Below are positions 16,339-26,887 of a DNA stretch of 64,000 nt, one piece after another (position 1 is the stretch's first letter; every line of letters starts with the position of its first letter). The DNA lies in assembly GCA_040902505.1 (NCBI GenBank), contig JBBDXE010000032.1:112399-176398 (forward strand), written 5' to 3'. This stretch comes from Dehalococcoidia bacterium. Its GTDB lineage: Bacteria > Chloroflexota > Dehalococcoidia > DSTF01 > JACRBR01. The notes beneath the pieces are model-generated. The model did not search any database. It was not told where the DNA came from and saw only the letters and a program-made list of their open reading frames with translations. The position numbers and the translations under genes are program-made.

Positions 16339-17136
16339 TCACTCCCCGGGCCCGAATACGAGCCCGTCATACGCTACCCGTACGAGGTAAAGGCCGCAAG
16401 GCGGTGCCGCGGGCCCCGCGCTCGACGGCTTCGCGGCCTGCAGCAGCTCTCTCAGCCAGTCCTCCGGTTGCCGGCCGAGTCCGATCTCGACCAGCGCTCC
16501 GACCGTGCGCCGCACCTGATGCGGCAAGAAGGCCTGTGCCTCCATCTCCACGGCGACCTCGTCGCCGTCCTCGCTGACGTCGCAGCGCCGGAGCGTCCGC
16601 GACGTCGAACCCTCGAACGGCGGGGCGAAGGCCGCGAAGTCGTGCGCCCCGACGAGCGCCTGCGCCGCCCTGCTCATCGCCGCGACGTCGAGCGGCTGGC
16701 CCACGTGCCACACGCGCGAACGCCGCATCGGCGACCGCACGGGGGCGGTGTGGATGCGGTACCGGTACGTGCGTCCGGTCGCATCACGCCGGGGGTCGAA
16801 CACCCCCGGTACTTCGGCTGCCACGAGGACGGCGATGTCCTCCGGCAGGAAGTGGTCCAGTCCGCGCACCAACTCTCCGGCAGACAGCCGGCAGCCAGTA
16901 TCGAATGCTGCCACTTGTCCCAGCGCGTGCACGCCGGAGTCGGTGCGGCCGGCGAACGCCGCGCGGACGGTCTCGCCGGTCAGCTTCGCGATGGCGGACT
17001 CCAGCTCCGCCTGGATGCTGGGCCCGTTCTCCTGGAACTGCGAGCCGCGGTAGGCCGACCCGTCGTACTCCAGACGCACGGCGATCCGTCGCCCGCCGGT
17101 GCGGCCGCAGCCGCGGGCGCCGTCGTCGCCGGACAT
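16339..17136 (-). CDS. truA: tRNA pseudouridine(38-40) synthase TruA
   Basis: RIAVRLEYDGSAYRGSQFQ ... AGRTDSGVHALGQV (catalytic Asp motif). The ATG at 17136 lies just after the rplQ stop. Confidence 0.9.
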   Translation of the reverse strand: MSGDDGARGCGRTGGRRIAVRLEYDGSAYRGSQFQENGPSIQAELESAIAKLTGETVRAAFAGRTDSGVHALGQVAAFDTGCRLSAGELVRGLDHFLPEDIAVLVAAEVPGVFDPRRDATGRTYRYRIHTAPVRSPMRRSRVWHVGQPLDVAAMSRAAQALVGAHDFAAFAPPFEGSTSRTLRRCDVSEDGDEVAVEMEAQAFLPHQVRRTVGALVEIGLGRQPEDWLRELLQAAKPSSAGPAAPPCGLYLVRVAYDGLVFGPGE

Positions 17137-17140
17137 GCTG

Positions 17141-17506
17141 TTATCCCGCGGCCTGCTCGACGAACTCGAGCTGCGCCATCGGTGCGCCGTCACCCCGGCG
17201 CGGGCCGAGCTTGATGATGCGCGTATAGCCACCCGGGCGCGCAGAGAACCGCGGGCCCAGGTCGTCGAACAGCTTCTTCACGACGTCCTTATCGCCGACG
17301 TAGGCGAGCGCCTGCCGACGCGCGTGCAGTGTGCCGGTCCTGCCGAGCGTGATCATCTTCTCGGCGATGGGGCGCACTTCCTTCGCCTTCGCCTCGGTGG
17401 TGTGGAGGCGTTCGTGGCGCATCAGATCGGCGACGAGCATGCGGAAGAGGGCCTTGCGCTCGTCGGAGGGACGGTCGAACTTGCGGCCGGCGATGCGGTG
17501 GCGCAC
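17141..17506 (-). CDS. rplQ: 50S ribosomal protein L17
   Basis: [25 protein letters not shown]. Confidence 0.95.
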   Translation of the reverse strand: MRHRIAGRKFDRPSDERKALFRMLVADLMRHERLHTTEAKAKEVRPIAEKMITLGRTGTLHARRQALAYVGDKDVVKKLFDDLGPRFSARPGGYTRIIKLGPRRGDGAPMAQLEFVEQAAG

Positions 17507-17507
17507 G

Positions 17508-18695
17508 TCAGTCCTCCCGCTCCTGGCGGCGCACCAGCTCCGACGGGTCCTCGCCGGCTTCGCGCAGGGCCTCGATGAGGGCCGCGCCGAGCGGGCTCAG
17601 GTCTTCGCCTTCCTGGGCGTCGTCGTCTCGCGGCGGAGTCGGGGGGCGGCCCACGGACATGCCACCGAAGTCCTCGTCGTCGCCTCGCTCGCCGGGCTGG
17701 AGCAGCCCCATCTCGATGAGGCGGTCGCGCAGCTCGTCGTAGGACTTGCGCCCGAAGTTGCGGAGGGAGAGCAGCTCATCCTCGCTCTTCTCCAGGACCT
17801 GGCCGACGGTCATGAGGCCGCTCCGCTTGAGGCAGTTGTACGCCCGCACGGAGAGGTTCAGGTCTTCGATGGGCATGTTGTACTTGTCCGGCGGCAGGGC
17901 GCTGCCGACGCCGAGGCCACGCTCTACGACGGGCGGGAGGGGCTTGCCCAGCTGGGCGAAGATCCGCAACTCATCGACGAGAATGTCGGCGCTCTTGCTG
18001 ACTGCGTCGACGCCCGACATGGAGCCGTCGGTCCAGACTTCGAGGGTGAGCTTGTCGTAGTTCGTCATCTGCCCGACGCGGGTGTGCGTCACGTGGAAGT
18101 TGACGCGCCGAACGGGGGAGAAGATGGCATCGACGGGGATGACGCCGATGGGCAGGCCATCGGTCTGGCCGGCGGGGGCGTAGCCCTGTCCCGGCTCGAC
18201 GTTGAGCTCGACGGTCAGGCGCGCCTGGGGTGAGTCCAGCGTCGCCAGGTGCAGTTCGGGGTTCACGATCTCGTAGTCGGCGGTTGTCTGAATGCCCTGG
18301 GCGGTGACGAGGCCCTCGCCGTGCGCTTCGAGGTAGAGCTTCGCGGGCCGCTCGGCGAGGGCGCGGAGGCGCAGCTCCTTGATGTTGAGGAGGAACTCGG
18401 TGGTGTCCTCCTTCATGTGAGGGATGGTGGAGAACTCGTGCTCGACTTCCTCGATGCGGACGGAGGTGACCGCCGCGCCGGGGAGCGAGCTGAGCAGGAC
18501 ACGGCGCAAGGCGTTGCCCAGCGTGGTGCCGAAGCCGGCGTTGAGCGGCTCGGCGACCAGCCGCACGTACACCGCGGACTCTTCCTCGACTTCGATGTGC
18601 GCGGGCTCCAGTTCGTTCAAGGCTTCCCCTCCTGGGCGGAATGCCGGCGGCTCGTTCGCCAGCAGCCTCAGCGGCCCTTCTGTCATGGTGGTCAT
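17508..18695 (-). CDS. rpoA: DNA-directed RNA polymerase subunit alpha with about 65-aa acidic C-terminal extension
   Basis: Start MTTMTEG overlaps the rpsD stop by 1 nt (TAATG). [22 protein letters not shown] and the alpha-CTD segment [16 protein letters not shown] are present. The longer ORF-track N-terminus runs through rpsD in another frame. Confidence 0.93.
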   Translation of the reverse strand: MTTMTEGPLRLLANEPPAFRPGGEALNELEPAHIEVEEESAVYVRLVAEPLNAGFGTTLGNALRRVLLSSLPGAAVTSVRIEEVEHEFSTIPHMKEDTTEFLLNIKELRLRALAERPAKLYLEAHGEGLVTAQGIQTTADYEIVNPELHLATLDSPQARLTVELNVEPGQGYAPAGQTDGLPIGVIPVDAIFSPVRRVNFHVTHTRVGQMTNYDKLTLEVWTDGSMSGVDAVSKSADILVDELRIFAQLGKPLPPVVERGLGVGSALPPDKYNMPIEDLNLSVRAYNCLKRSGLMTVGQVLEKSEDELLSLRNFGRKSYDELRDRLIEMGLLQPGERGDDEDFGGMSVGRPPTPPRDDDAQEGEDLSPLGAALIEALREAGEDPSELVRRQERED

Positions 18696-19318
18696 TATCG
18701 GGAGTAGAACTCGACGATTACCGAGGGGTCGAACTTCGCACCCGCTTCGGTTACCGTCGGCACCGATACCACCCGGCCGGTCATCTGCTCGATGTCCACG
18801 TTCAGCCATCCTGCGATGTGCTTGCTCGCCATGCTCTCCTTCTTGACCTTGAAGATCTCGCTCTTCTTTCCCGAGGCGGTCCAGGCGATGACGTCGCCGG
18901 GCTTTGTGCGCGCTGAGGGCACGTTGGTCTTGCGCCCATTGATCATGATGTGCCCGTGGCGCACGAGCTGGCGCCCCTGGGCGAGGGAGTCGGCGAAGCC
19001 CATCCGCAGCACCATGCTGTCGAGGCGGGTCTCCAGCAGCTGGACGAGGTTCTCGCCGGTGACGCCGGGGCGGCGGACGGCCTCCTGGTAGTAGCTGCGG
19101 AACTGCGCTTCGAGCACGCCGTAGGTGTAGCGGGCCTTCTGCTTCTCGCGCAGCTGCAGGGCGCGGTCCGATGCCTTGCGGCGGCGGGTCTGCGTCGCCC
19201 CGGGCGGGGAGGGCCGCTTGTCGAGCGTGCACCTGGTCACGCACTTGTCGCCCTTGAGCATCAGCTTTTCACTGTAGCGGCGACAGATGCGGCAGACCGG
19301 TCCGGTGTATCGAGCCAT
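18695..19318 (-). CDS. rpsD: 30S ribosomal protein S4 (Cys-rich N-terminus)
   Basis: MARYTGPVCRICRRYSEKLMLKGDKCVTRC, with RBS GGAGGAGAG upstream of the ATG at 19318. Confidence 0.95.
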   Translation of the reverse strand: MARYTGPVCRICRRYSEKLMLKGDKCVTRCTLDKRPSPPGATQTRRRKASDRALQLREKQKARYTYGVLEAQFRSYYQEAVRRPGVTGENLVQLLETRLDSMVLRMGFADSLAQGRQLVRHGHIMINGRKTNVPSARTKPGDVIAWTASGKKSEIFKVKKESMASKHIAGWLNVDIEQMTGRVVSVPTVTEAGAKFDPSVIVEFYSR

Positions 19319-19335
19319 ACTCTCCTCCAGGCCGC

Positions 19336-19737
19336 CTAGACGCGACGGCGCTTTGGCGGCCGACAGCCGTTGTGGGGCACGGGCGTGGCGTCCTTGATGC
19401 TCAGCACGACGAGGCCGCTGGACTGGAGCGCGCGGATGGCCGCCTCGCGGCCGCTCCCCGGGCCCTTGACGAGCACATCGACCTGGCGCAGGCCGTGCTC
19501 CATGCCGCGGCGGGCGGCGTTCTCGGCGGCGATCTGGGCGGCGTAGGGGGTGCTCTTCCGCGACCCCTTGAAGCCGGACTGCCCGGCGCTGGCCCACGAG
19601 AGGACGTTCCCGTTCGGGTCGGTCAGCGTGATCTGGGTGTTATTGAACGTCGACTGGACATAGGCGCGGCCGCGCGGCACCGACTTGCGCTCGCGCTTGC
19701 GCCCCTTGCTCTTGGCTGGTGCCTTCCGTTCGGCCAT
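19336..19737 (-). CDS. rpsK: 30S ribosomal protein S11
   Basis: [23 protein letters not shown] ... [11 protein letters not shown]. Confidence 0.95.
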   Translation of the reverse strand: MAERKAPAKSKGRKRERKSVPRGRAYVQSTFNNTQITLTDPNGNVLSWASAGQSGFKGSRKSTPYAAQIAAENAARRGMEHGLRQVDVLVKGPGSGREAAIRALQSSGLVVLSIKDATPVPHNGCRPPKRRRV

Positions 19738-19782
19738 GCGTCTCCCTGTCCCCGTCTCTTCGCTTGCGGACCGGTCTTGCGG

Positions 19783-20166
19783 CTACTTCTTCGCGGCTGC
19801 CTTGCGCTTCCCTGCGACGGTGCGGCGGGCGCCTCGCTTGGTGCGGGCGTTGGTGCGTGTGCGCTGGCCGTGCACGGGCAGCCCGCGGCGGTGCCGCACG
19901 CCGCGATAGCAGTTGATCTCGATCAGGCGCTGGATGTTCTGCCGCACTTCGCGGCGCAGATCGCCTTCGACGGTGTAGGACTTGTCGATCAGCTCGCGGA
20001 TGCGGCTGACTTCTTCGTCGGTGAGGTCACGGACGCGCGTGGCGGGGTTTACCTGCGACTGGGAGACGATGCGCGAGGCGCTGGTGCCTCCGATGCCGTA
20101 GATGTAGCGAAGCGCGATGTCAACGCGCTTGTCGCGGGGGATGTCGACGCCGGCGATTCTTGCCAT
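19783..20166 (-). CDS. rpsM: 30S ribosomal protein S13
   Basis: [26 protein letters not shown]. Confidence 0.95.
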   Translation of the reverse strand: MARIAGVDIPRDKRVDIALRYIYGIGGTSASRIVSQSQVNPATRVRDLTDEEVSRIRELIDKSYTVEGDLRREVRQNIQRLIEINCYRGVRHRRGLPVHGQRTRTNARTKRGARRTVAGKRKAAAKK

Positions 20167-20172
20167 GTTCGG

Positions 20173-20286
20173 TTACCCCTGCCGCTGCTTGTGCTTCGGG
20201 ATCTCGCAGATCACGCGCAGGACGCCGTGGCGCCTGATGATCTTGCACTTGTCGCAGCGCTTCTTGATGGAAGCCCGCACGCGCAT
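20173..20286 (-). CDS. rpmJ: 50S ribosomal protein L36 (zinc type)
   Basis: [37 protein letters not shown], 37 aa inside a longer ORF-track ORF. Confidence 0.9.
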   Translation of the reverse strand: MRVRASIKKRCDKCKIIRRHGVLRVICEIPKHKQRQG

Positions 20287-20296
20287 GACGGCTCTC

Positions 20297-20515
20297 CTAC
20301 TTGAACCGGTATGTGATCCGGCCTCGCGACAGGTCGTACGGTGAAAGCTCCACCAGCACGCGGTCACCGGGCAGGATCTTGATGAAGTTGAGGCGGATCT
20401 TCCCCGATATGTGGGCGAGCACCTGGTGCCCGTTGGGTAGTTCCACCTTGAACATTGCGTTGGGCAGGGGCTCTCTCACGAGGCCCTCGACCTCAATCGC
20501 GTCTTTTTTCGGCAT
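20297..20515 (-). CDS. infA: translation initiation factor IF-1
   Basis: [41 protein letters not shown]. Confidence 0.95.
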   Translation of the reverse strand: MPKKDAIEVEGLVREPLPNAMFKVELPNGHQVLAHISGKIRLNFIKILPGDRVLVELSPYDLSRGRITYRFK

Positions 20516-20602
20516 AGGCTCCTTCGACCAAGGGCCGATGATGTTTTCGGCCCATTACAATACCAAATCCGGCGCCTTGAGTGCGAACAAATGGTTCTAT
20601 CT

Positions 20603-21361
20603 TCATGGGACTGTGAGCACCTGGGCCTCTCCGTCGGTAATGGCGATTGTGTGCTCGAAGTGAGCGGCGAGGCTGCCATCGGCGGTCACGACGGTCCAGT
20701 TATCGTCTAGTTGGCGTGTCCGCCAGTCTCCGAGGGTGACCATGGGCTCGAGGGCGAGGACCATGCCCTTCTTGAGCACCGGGCCGCGGTCTTCAGGGCC
20801 GTAGTTCGGGACCTGGGGCTCCTCGTGCATCTCCCTGCCCACCCCGTGGCCTACGTATTCGCGGACGACTCCCAGGCCCCGGGACTCGATGTACGTCTGG
20901 ATGGCGTGAGAGATTGCGCCGAGGGGGTTTCCCTGGCGCGCCTGGGCGATCCCGGCCTCCAGGGCGCCCTTCGTTACGTCAACCAGTTTGGCGGTTTCGG
21001 GGCTCGCCCTCCCCACAATCACGGTCACTGCCGAGTCGGCGACGAAGCCCTTGTACGTGCACCCCAGGTCGAGGCTGACGATGTCACCGTCCTGGATGAC
21101 GCGCTTGCCGGGGATACCGTGGACGATCTCTTCGTTCACCGAGACGCAGACGGTCGCCGGATAGCCCTTGTAGTTCAGGAAGGTGGGCACGACCTTGTGC
21201 TTCTCGAACTCCTTGCGCACGATGCGATCCAGCTCCTTCACGACCAGCCCGGGGCGGAGCGCCTCGACGAGCTTCTGGAGCGTCCGCGCCACGATGCTCC
21301 CGGCCTCGCGCATGATGGCGATTTCCTCGTCGGACTTGAGTACGATAGGCATGGCGATCAC
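20603..21361 (-). CDS. map: type I methionine aminopeptidase
   Basis: EIVHGIP, DIVSLDLG, GHGVGREMHEEP and LALEPM metal-site motifs. GTG at 21361 overlaps the adk stop (GTGA). ATG at 21352 is an alternative start. Confidence 0.92.
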   Translation of the reverse strand: MIAMPIVLKSDEEIAIMREAGSIVARTLQKLVEALRPGLVVKELDRIVRKEFEKHKVVPTFLNYKGYPATVCVSVNEEIVHGIPGKRVIQDGDIVSLDLGCTYKGFVADSAVTVIVGRASPETAKLVDVTKGALEAGIAQARQGNPLGAISHAIQTYIESRGLGVVREYVGHGVGREMHEEPQVPNYGPEDRGPVLKKGMVLALEPMVTLGDWRTRQLDDNWTVVTADGSLAAHFEHTIAITDGEAQVLTVP

Positions 21362-21942
21362 GTCGCCGTCGCCGCGCCGTTGCGCAGCCCCAGCGCTTCC
21401 ATGATCGAGGCCGTCACCGCCGAGACGCCGGGTGTCCCGTCGACGTCGCGCAGCTTGCCCTCGCGGCGATAGTGGTCGAGGAGTTCCGGTGCGGGCTTCT
21501 GCTTCTCGAGACGGACGCGCATGGCCTCGGGCGTATCGTCGGAGCGGGCCGACTCCTTCGCGCGGCCCATCATGCGCTCGAGCAGGACGGCGTCGGGGGC
21601 GGTGATGTTCACCGCAAGATCGATCGCCTTGCCCTGGCCGGCGAGCGCCCGGTCGAGGGCTTCGGCCTGCACCAGGGTACGGGGGAACCCGTCGAGGACG
21701 AAGCCCTGGCCCTCGCGCAGCTCGGCGAGGCGCACCACGAACATGTCGATCACGAGGTCGTCGGGCACGAGAAGACCCTTATCCATGAAGCTCTTCGCCT
21801 TCGTCCCCAGCTCCGACCCGTCACGCACGTGCGCGCGCAGCATGTCGCCGGTGGAGATGTGAGCCCAGCCAGTGCGCTCGGCCACGATCGCGGCCTGCGT
21901 GCCCTTCCCAACGCCCGGCGGCCCGAAGAAGATGACGTACAC
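21358..21942 (-). CDS. adk: adenylate kinase
   Basis: P-loop FFGPPGVGKGTQ ... STGDMLR. The LID region has no Cys4 motif. Confidence 0.93.
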   Translation of the reverse strand: MYVIFFGPPGVGKGTQAAIVAERTGWAHISTGDMLRAHVRDGSELGTKAKSFMDKGLLVPDDLVIDMFVVRLAELREGQGFVLDGFPRTLVQAEALDRALAGQGKAIDLAVNITAPDAVLLERMMGRAKESARSDDTPEAMRVRLEKQKPAPELLDHYRREGKLRDVDGTPGVSAVTASIMEALGLRNGAATAT

Positions 21943-23316
21943 CTAGCGGATAAACCCTTCATAGTTGCGCATCAGCAGCTGGGCCTCGAGCTGCTTCATG
22001 GTGTCGAGCACGACGCCGACGACGATGAGCAGGCCGGTGCTGCTGATGGACAGCGCGGTGATGCTGAACCAGTTGGTGACCAGATACGGGATCACCGCGA
22101 CGATCCCGAGGAAGATGGCGCCGGCCCAGGTGATGCGCACCAGCACGCGCATGATGTACTCGGCGGTAGGCCGCCCGGGACGGATGCCGGGGACGAAGCC
22201 GCCCTGCTTCTGGAGATTCTCGGCCAGGTTCTGCTGCTGGAAGATTACGAGCGTATAGAAGAATGCGAAGACCACCACCAGCACGAACACCATGATGTAG
22301 AAGCCGGGGCTTGCGCCGGAGCCTCCCTGCCCGGTGCCCGGCGACAGGTAGTCGAGGAAGAAGCGAGCGGCGTCGCGCAGCCACGGCGTCGTCGACGAGT
22401 CGAGGATGAACTGGAAGAAGTAGGAGGGCAAGATGACGATCGAGAAGGCAAAGATGAGCGGGATCATGCCCGCGGAGTTCACGCGCAGCGGGATATGGCT
22501 CTGCCCCGACTGGCGGTACATCTTGCCGGCCCGGAACACGCTCTTTGCGTACTGTACGGGGATCTTTCGCGTCGCCTCCTGCATGAAGACGATCGCGCCG
22601 ACCAGCAGGACTGCCAGTCCCGCCAGGAGGAGCACGCCGAAGATGCCGACATCGGAGTTGAAGACGCGGCTGAGGAGATTGGGCGCTCCGGCAACGATCC
22701 CTCCAAAGATGATGATCGAGACGCCGTTGCCAATGCCGTTCTCGGTGATCAGTTCGCCGATCCACACCAGGAACATCGTGCCGGCGGTCATGGCGAAGAG
22801 GGCGGTGATGGTGGGGAGGGCGTTCTCGCCGCTGAACGACGGGTTGAAGACGGCCTCCGGAGCGGTGCGGTTGAGGATCACGAGCTGCGCGTACCCCTGC
22901 ACGAAACAAATGGGGATCGCGAGCCAGTGCTGGTACAGCTGCACGCGGTTCCGCCCCGCCTCGCCTTCCTGCTGCATCGCCTGGAGGGCGGGGAAGAGGG
23001 GTTGGATCAGCGTCATGATGATCGACGACGTGATGTACGGGTACACGCCCAGCGACGCGATCGACAGCTGGCGCAGGGCGCCGCCGCTGAACACGTTGAA
23101 GAGCCCGAGCAGCTCGCTCTGGTCGAACGCGGACTCAAGGAGGCGCGGATCGACGTCGGGGATGGGGACGTGGGCGACGAAGCGGAAGATGACGAGCATC
23201 ATCGCCGTGAAGAGCAGCTTCCGCCGGATGTCGGGCTGCTGCATGGCGTCGATCAGCGCCTGGAGCAGCTTGGGGCGGCTGGCCGCCTGCTGTTGTCGGC
23301 TAGCCGCCAGCGCCAT
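21943..23316 (-). CDS. secY: preprotein translocase subunit SecY
   Basis: Start MALAASRQQQ... at 23316. DIRRKLLFT, FNVFSGGALRQLSIASLGVYPYITSSII. The start region overlaps the extended 3' end of rplO by 17 nt. Confidence 0.92.
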   Translation of the reverse strand: MALAASRQQQAASRPKLLQALIDAMQQPDIRRKLLFTAMMLVIFRFVAHVPIPDVDPRLLESAFDQSELLGLFNVFSGGALRQLSIASLGVYPYITSSIIMTLIQPLFPALQAMQQEGEAGRNRVQLYQHWLAIPICFVQGYAQLVILNRTAPEAVFNPSFSGENALPTITALFAMTAGTMFLVWIGELITENGIGNGVSIIIFGGIVAGAPNLLSRVFNSDVGIFGVLLLAGLAVLLVGAIVFMQEATRKIPVQYAKSVFRAGKMYRQSGQSHIPLRVNSAGMIPLIFAFSIVILPSYFFQFILDSSTTPWLRDAARFFLDYLSPGTGQGGSGASPGFYIMVFVLVVVFAFFYTLVIFQQQNLAENLQKQGGFVPGIRPGRPTAEYIMRVLVRITWAGAIFLGIVAVIPYLVTNWFSITALSISSTGLLIVVGVVLDTMKQLEAQLLMRNYEGFIR

Positions 23317-24040
23317 CGTCCGCCTCTTCCCGGGGTGCGGGGGCCGCATCCTCCGTGACCGCTTCCGGCTGCTCCGTCTCCGGTGGCCGCTCGGCCTTGG
23401 GGGCGCGGACCTTCTTCGGCTTGTCCTGTGCGCCTTCGCCGGCCTTCGCCTTCTTCGGCTTGCCGCCGGCGGCCTTCACGGCAGCCCGCTCGGCCTTCGC
23501 GGTCGCCGCGGTTTCGACGCGGGCCGCCTGCGCCGCGATGGCCCCGGCCACGCGCTTCGCGCGCTTGCCGTCCGCGGGCCTCTCGACCGGCTGGGCGCCG
23601 ACGCGGCTCACGCTCCCACCGGCAGCCTCGATCTTCTGCTGCGCCGCCGCGGAGAAGCGGTCGGCCTCGACGGTGAGGGCAACGCTCAGCTCACCTTCGC
23701 CCAGCACCTTCACAGGCTTGTGGGCGCCGCGAATCAGCCGCGCGACGGCGAGCGCCTTCGCCGTGACGACGGTGCCCGCGGGGAAGCGCGTGAGCGCGCC
23801 CACGTTCACCTCTTCGTATTCGATGCGGAACGGGTTCCGGAAGCCGCGTTTGCGGGCCATGCGCCGGATGAGCGGCAGCTGGCCGCCCTCGAAGCCGGGG
23901 CGCACGCCTCCGCCGGAGCGCGCCTTCTGGCCCTTGAGGCCGCGCGTGGAGTAGGTGCCGTGCCCGCTGGCGTTCCCGCGCCCGACGCGCTTGCGCGGGC
24001 GGGTGGAGCCGGCGGCGGGCCGCAGCTCGTGCTGCCGCAT
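23300..24040 (-). CDS. rplO: 50S ribosomal protein L15 with about 95-aa Lys/Ala/Glu-rich C-terminal extension
   Basis: MRQHELRPAAGSTRPRKRVGRGNASGHGTYSTRGLKGQKARSG, then a tail after about aa 150 (AKAERAAVKAAGGKPKKAKAGEGAQDKPKK...). Confidence 0.9.
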   Translation of the reverse strand: MRQHELRPAAGSTRPRKRVGRGNASGHGTYSTRGLKGQKARSGGGVRPGFEGGQLPLIRRMARKRGFRNPFRIEYEEVNVGALTRFPAGTVVTAKALAVARLIRGAHKPVKVLGEGELSVALTVEADRFSAAAQQKIEAAGGSVSRVGAQPVERPADGKRAKRVAGAIAAQAARVETAATAKAERAAVKAAGGKPKKAKAGEGAQDKPKKVRAPKAERPPETEQPEAVTEDAAPAPREEADDGAGG

Positions 24041-24226
24041 CTAGGCCCCCTCCTGCACGTGCACCAGGTGGCGCACCTTGTGGACCATCCCGCGGATAGT
24101 CCGGTTGTCCTCGTGCTCGACTGTTTGCCCGAGGCGGCGCAGCCCCAGCGCGCGGACGGTGCGCTTCTGGTCCTCGCGGTGGTTGATGCCGCTGTGCACG
24201 AGGGTGATCCGCAACTTGGCCATCAC
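24041..24226 (-). CDS. rpmD: 50S ribosomal protein L30
   Basis: [35 protein letters not shown]. Confidence 0.93.
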   Translation of the reverse strand: MMAKLRITLVHSGINHREDQKRTVRALGLRRLGQTVEHEDNRTIRGMVHKVRHLVHVQEGA

Positions 24227-24741
24227 GCCCCCGTACCTGCCGTCCGGACGGTCGCGCGGCGGCGAGCGGTCACGACCTTAGGATCGCGCAACGCCGCGAG
24301 CCCGGCGATGGTCGCTTTCACGACGTTGATGGCGTTGGCCGAGCCGAGCGACTTCGTGAGCACGTCCTTCACGCCGGCCGCCTCCATGACGGCGCGGACG
24401 CCGCCGCCGGCGATGACGCCGGTACCGGGCGCCGCCGGCTTCATCATCACCTTCGCGGCGCCGTAGTGCGCGACGATGGGGTGGGCGATGGTGGTCTTGT
24501 TCATCGGCACGCGGAGCAGATTTTTCCGGGCGATGGCGCCGCCCTTGCGGATCGCTTCGGGCACTTCGTTCGCCTTGCCCATGCCGGCGCCCACGTGGCC
24601 CTGCCCGTCGCCGACGACGACGACGGCGCTGAAGCTGAAGCGACGGCCGCCCTTCACCACCTTGGAGACGCGGTTGATGAAGACCACCTTCTCCTGGAGG
24701 TCGAGGTCACGGGCGTCGATCTTGTCCTTCTGGGTCACCAT
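24223..24741 (-). CDS. rpsE: 30S ribosomal protein S5
   Basis: [39 protein letters not shown]. Confidence 0.95.
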   Translation of the reverse strand: MVTQKDKIDARDLDLQEKVVFINRVSKVVKGGRRFSFSAVVVVGDGQGHVGAGMGKANEVPEAIRKGGAIARKNLLRVPMNKTTIAHPIVAHYGAAKVMMKPAAPGTGVIAGGGVRAVMEAAGVKDVLTKSLGSANAINVVKATIAGLAALRDPKVVTARRRATVRTAGTGA

Positions 24742-24757
24742 GTCTCAGCCTTCATCA

Positions 24758-25120
24758 CTAGAACTTCAGCCCTGCTTCGCGGGCGGCATCGGCCAGCGCC
24801 CGCACCCGGCCGTGGTAGCGGTTGCCGCCGCGGTCGAACACCACCTGGGTGACGCCAGCGTCCAGCGCCTTCTTCGCGACGGCGGCGCCGACCGCCTTTG
24901 CGCGCTCCGTCTTCGTGCCCTTCGCGCCACGCAGGTCCTTCTCGACGTCGGAGGCGGCGGCGAGGGTGCGCCCCGCTTCGTCGTCGATCACCTGGGCGTA
25001 GATGTGCGTGAGGCTGCGGAAGACGGCGAGCCGGGGCCGTGCGGGTGCACCGGCGACGTGCTTGCGCACGCGCTCGTGGCGCCGGACGCGGGCGGCTCGG
25101 GCGGTGGTGCTGCCCTTCAT
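24758..25120 (-). CDS. rplR: 50S ribosomal protein L18
   Basis: [35 protein letters not shown] ... [26 protein letters not shown]. Confidence 0.95.
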   Translation of the reverse strand: MKGSTTARAARVRRHERVRKHVAGAPARPRLAVFRSLTHIYAQVIDDEAGRTLAAASDVEKDLRGAKGTKTERAKAVGAAVAKKALDAGVTQVVFDRGGNRYHGRVRALADAAREAGLKF

Positions 25121-25666
25121 CTACTTGCCTGCCTTGCCGGCCTTGCCGGCCTTCCTGCGCACCCGCTCGCCCAGGTAGCGGATGCCCTTGCCCTTGTATG
25201 GCTCGGGCTTGCGGATCTTGCGGATGTTCGCCGCCACCTGCCCGACCAGCTCCTTATCGATCCCCCTCACGTGGACGCGTGAGGTGCCTTCGACCTCCAG
25301 CTGGATGCCGGGCGGGGGGTCCACCTCGACGGGGTGAGAATACCCGACAGCGAGGGTGACCTTCGGGCCGGCCTGCTGGGCGCGGTAGCCGACGCCCTGC
25401 AGCTCCAGCGTCTTGGTGTATCCCTCCGCGACGCCGGTCACCATGTTCGCCAGCAGCGACCGGGAGAGCCCGTGCAGCGAGCGCGAGGACTTCTCGTCGT
25501 TGGGGCGGGCGACGGTGACCTTGCCGTCGTCCACGTTGAAGCTGATCCCGGCGGGAAAGTCGCGGACGAGCTCCCCCTTCGGGCCCTTGACGCGCACCGT
25601 CGAGCCCTGGACGTCCACCTGGACGCCTTTGACGATGGTTACCGGCAGTTTTCCTATTCGCGACAT
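25121..25666 (-). CDS. rplF: 50S ribosomal protein L6
   Basis: [33 protein letters not shown]. Confidence 0.95.
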   Translation of the reverse strand: MSRIGKLPVTIVKGVQVDVQGSTVRVKGPKGELVRDFPAGISFNVDDGKVTVARPNDEKSSRSLHGLSRSLLANMVTGVAEGYTKTLELQGVGYRAQQAGPKVTLAVGYSHPVEVDPPPGIQLEVEGTSRVHVRGIDKELVGQVAANIRKIRKPEPYKGKGIRYLGERVRRKAGKAGKAGK

Positions 25667-25670
25667 TGTC

Positions 25671-26069
25671 CTACCACACGTAACAGATGACTTCGCCGCC
25701 GATGCGGCGCCGCCATGCGTCCTGTCCCGTCATCACACCGTGCGGCGTCGACAGGATGGCGACGCCGAGGCCACCGTAGACGCGGGGGATCTCCCGCTTC
25801 TGCACGTACACGCGCAGGCCGGGCTTGCTCACCCGCTGCAGGCCGCTCAGCACCGGTTCCTTCTTCCCGGTGTAGTTGAGCTGCACGCGCATCAGCTTGC
25901 GGGGCCCTTCTTCGAGGACCTCGAAACCACGGATGAAGCCCTCGCGTTGCAGCACCTCGGCGATGGCGACTTTCATCTTCGAGGCGGGGATATTCACGTG
26001 TTCGTGCTTCGCGGTCACGGCGTTCCGGATCCGCGTCAGCATGTCGGCGATGGGGTCCGTCATGTTCAA
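25671..26069 (-). CDS. rpsH: 30S ribosomal protein S8
   Basis: (M)[19 protein letters not shown] start lies 8 nt after AAGGAGG. Confidence 0.93.
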   Translation of the reverse strand: MNMTDPIADMLTRIRNAVTAKHEHVNIPASKMKVAIAEVLQREGFIRGFEVLEEGPRKLMRVQLNYTGKKEPVLSGLQRVSKPGLRVYVQKREIPRVYGGLGVAILSTPHGVMTGQDAWRRRIGGEVICYVW

Positions 26070-26147
26070 GGCTCGCGCCTCCTTGTGCTCCCGTGCTCAC
26101 CGCTCGTCCGGTGCTACGGGACGTCCCTCCGGAGAAGGACGATGTCT

Positions 26148-26333
26148 CTACCAGCTCGACTTCTTCACGCCCGGCAGCTGACCCTTGAGGGCGAGCCCCC
26201 GGAAGCAGATACGGCACAGACCGAAGTGGCGGATGAAGGCCCGGGGCCGCCCGCAGAGGTGGCAGCGGTTCTTCTTCCGCGTCGAGTACTTCGGGTCGCG
26301 CTTTGACCTGACGATCATCGAGATCTTGGCCAT
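26148..26333 (-). CDS. rpsZ: 30S ribosomal protein S14 type Z (zinc-binding, 61 aa)
   Basis: [45 protein letters not shown] with CxxC...CxxC. Confidence 0.93.
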   Translation of the reverse strand: MAKISMIVRSKRDPKYSTRKKNRCHLCGRPRAFIRHFGLCRICFRGLALKGQLPGVKKSSW

Positions 26334-26335
26334 GC

Positions 26336-26887
26336 TTAGGTCCGCTCCTTGGCGAAGGGCATGCCCATCATCTCGAGCAGCCGCCGCCCTTCCTCGTCCG
26401 TCCGTGCCGTGGTCACGATGTTCACCTGCATCCCCCGGATGCGGTCGACCTTGTCGTAGTCGATCTCCGGGAAGATGAGTTGCTCCCGTACGCCCAGGCT
26501 GAAGTTTCCGCGCCCGTCGAAGGCCTTGGTGGGCACGCCGTGAAAGTCGCGGATGCGGGGCAAGGCGGCGTTGAGCATGCGGTCCAGGAACTCGTACATG
26601 CGGTCGCCGCGCAGCGTCACGGCGACGCCGACGGGCATGTTCTCGCGGATCTTGAAGTTTGCGATCGCCTTCTTCGCGCGGGTGACGATCGGGCGTTGGC
26701 CGGTAATCGTCGCGATGTCCGCCGTGGCAGACTCGACGGCGCGCGCGTTGTCTTTCGCCTCGCCGAGGCCGATGTTCACGGTCACCTTCTCGACGCGCGG
26801 AACCTGCATGACGTTGTGATAGCTGAACTCGCGCATCAGCTCGGGGACGATCTCCGCCCGGTAGCGTTCCTTCAATCTCGGAGCCAT
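26336..26887 (-). CDS. rplE: 50S ribosomal protein L5
   Basis: [35 protein letters not shown]. The ATG overlaps the rplX stop by 1 nt (TGATG). Confidence 0.95.
   Translation of the reverse strand: MAPRLKERYRAEIVPELMREFSYHNVMQVPRVEKVTVNIGLGEAKDNARAVESATADIATITGQRPIVTRAKKAIANFKIRENMPVGVAVTLRGDRMYEFLDRMLNAALPRIRDFHGVPTKAFDGRGNFSLGVREQLIFPEIDYDKVDRIRGMQVNIVTTARTDEEGRRLLEMMGMPFAKERT

Noticed and set aside
17508-19597. Over-long ORF-track versions of rpoA (578 aa) and rpsD (300 aa), and similar N-terminal extensions on truA, rpsG, rpsL, rpmC, rpmJ, rplE, rplP, rpsJ, rplS, the UDG-family gene and the methyltransferase gene
   Set aside because: The extensions overlap the preceding well-supported gene in another frame and are low complexity. 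Canonical N-termini with RBS or stop-start coupling are found at the internal starts used in the feature list.
20585-20597. GAACAAATGGTTC between map and infA, noticed as a possible LexA box
   Set aside because: The spacer is 5 nt rather than 4, and it sits inside the ribosomal operon with no damage-related gene downstream. It is probably chance.
21472-24466. 628-aa and 677-aa plus-strand ORFs (21472-23358 and 22433-24466)
   Set aside because: They are antisense to adk, secY, rplO, rpmD and rpsE. They have no motifs and a composition dominated by R/G/D/E/H/A. They are GC-driven open frames.
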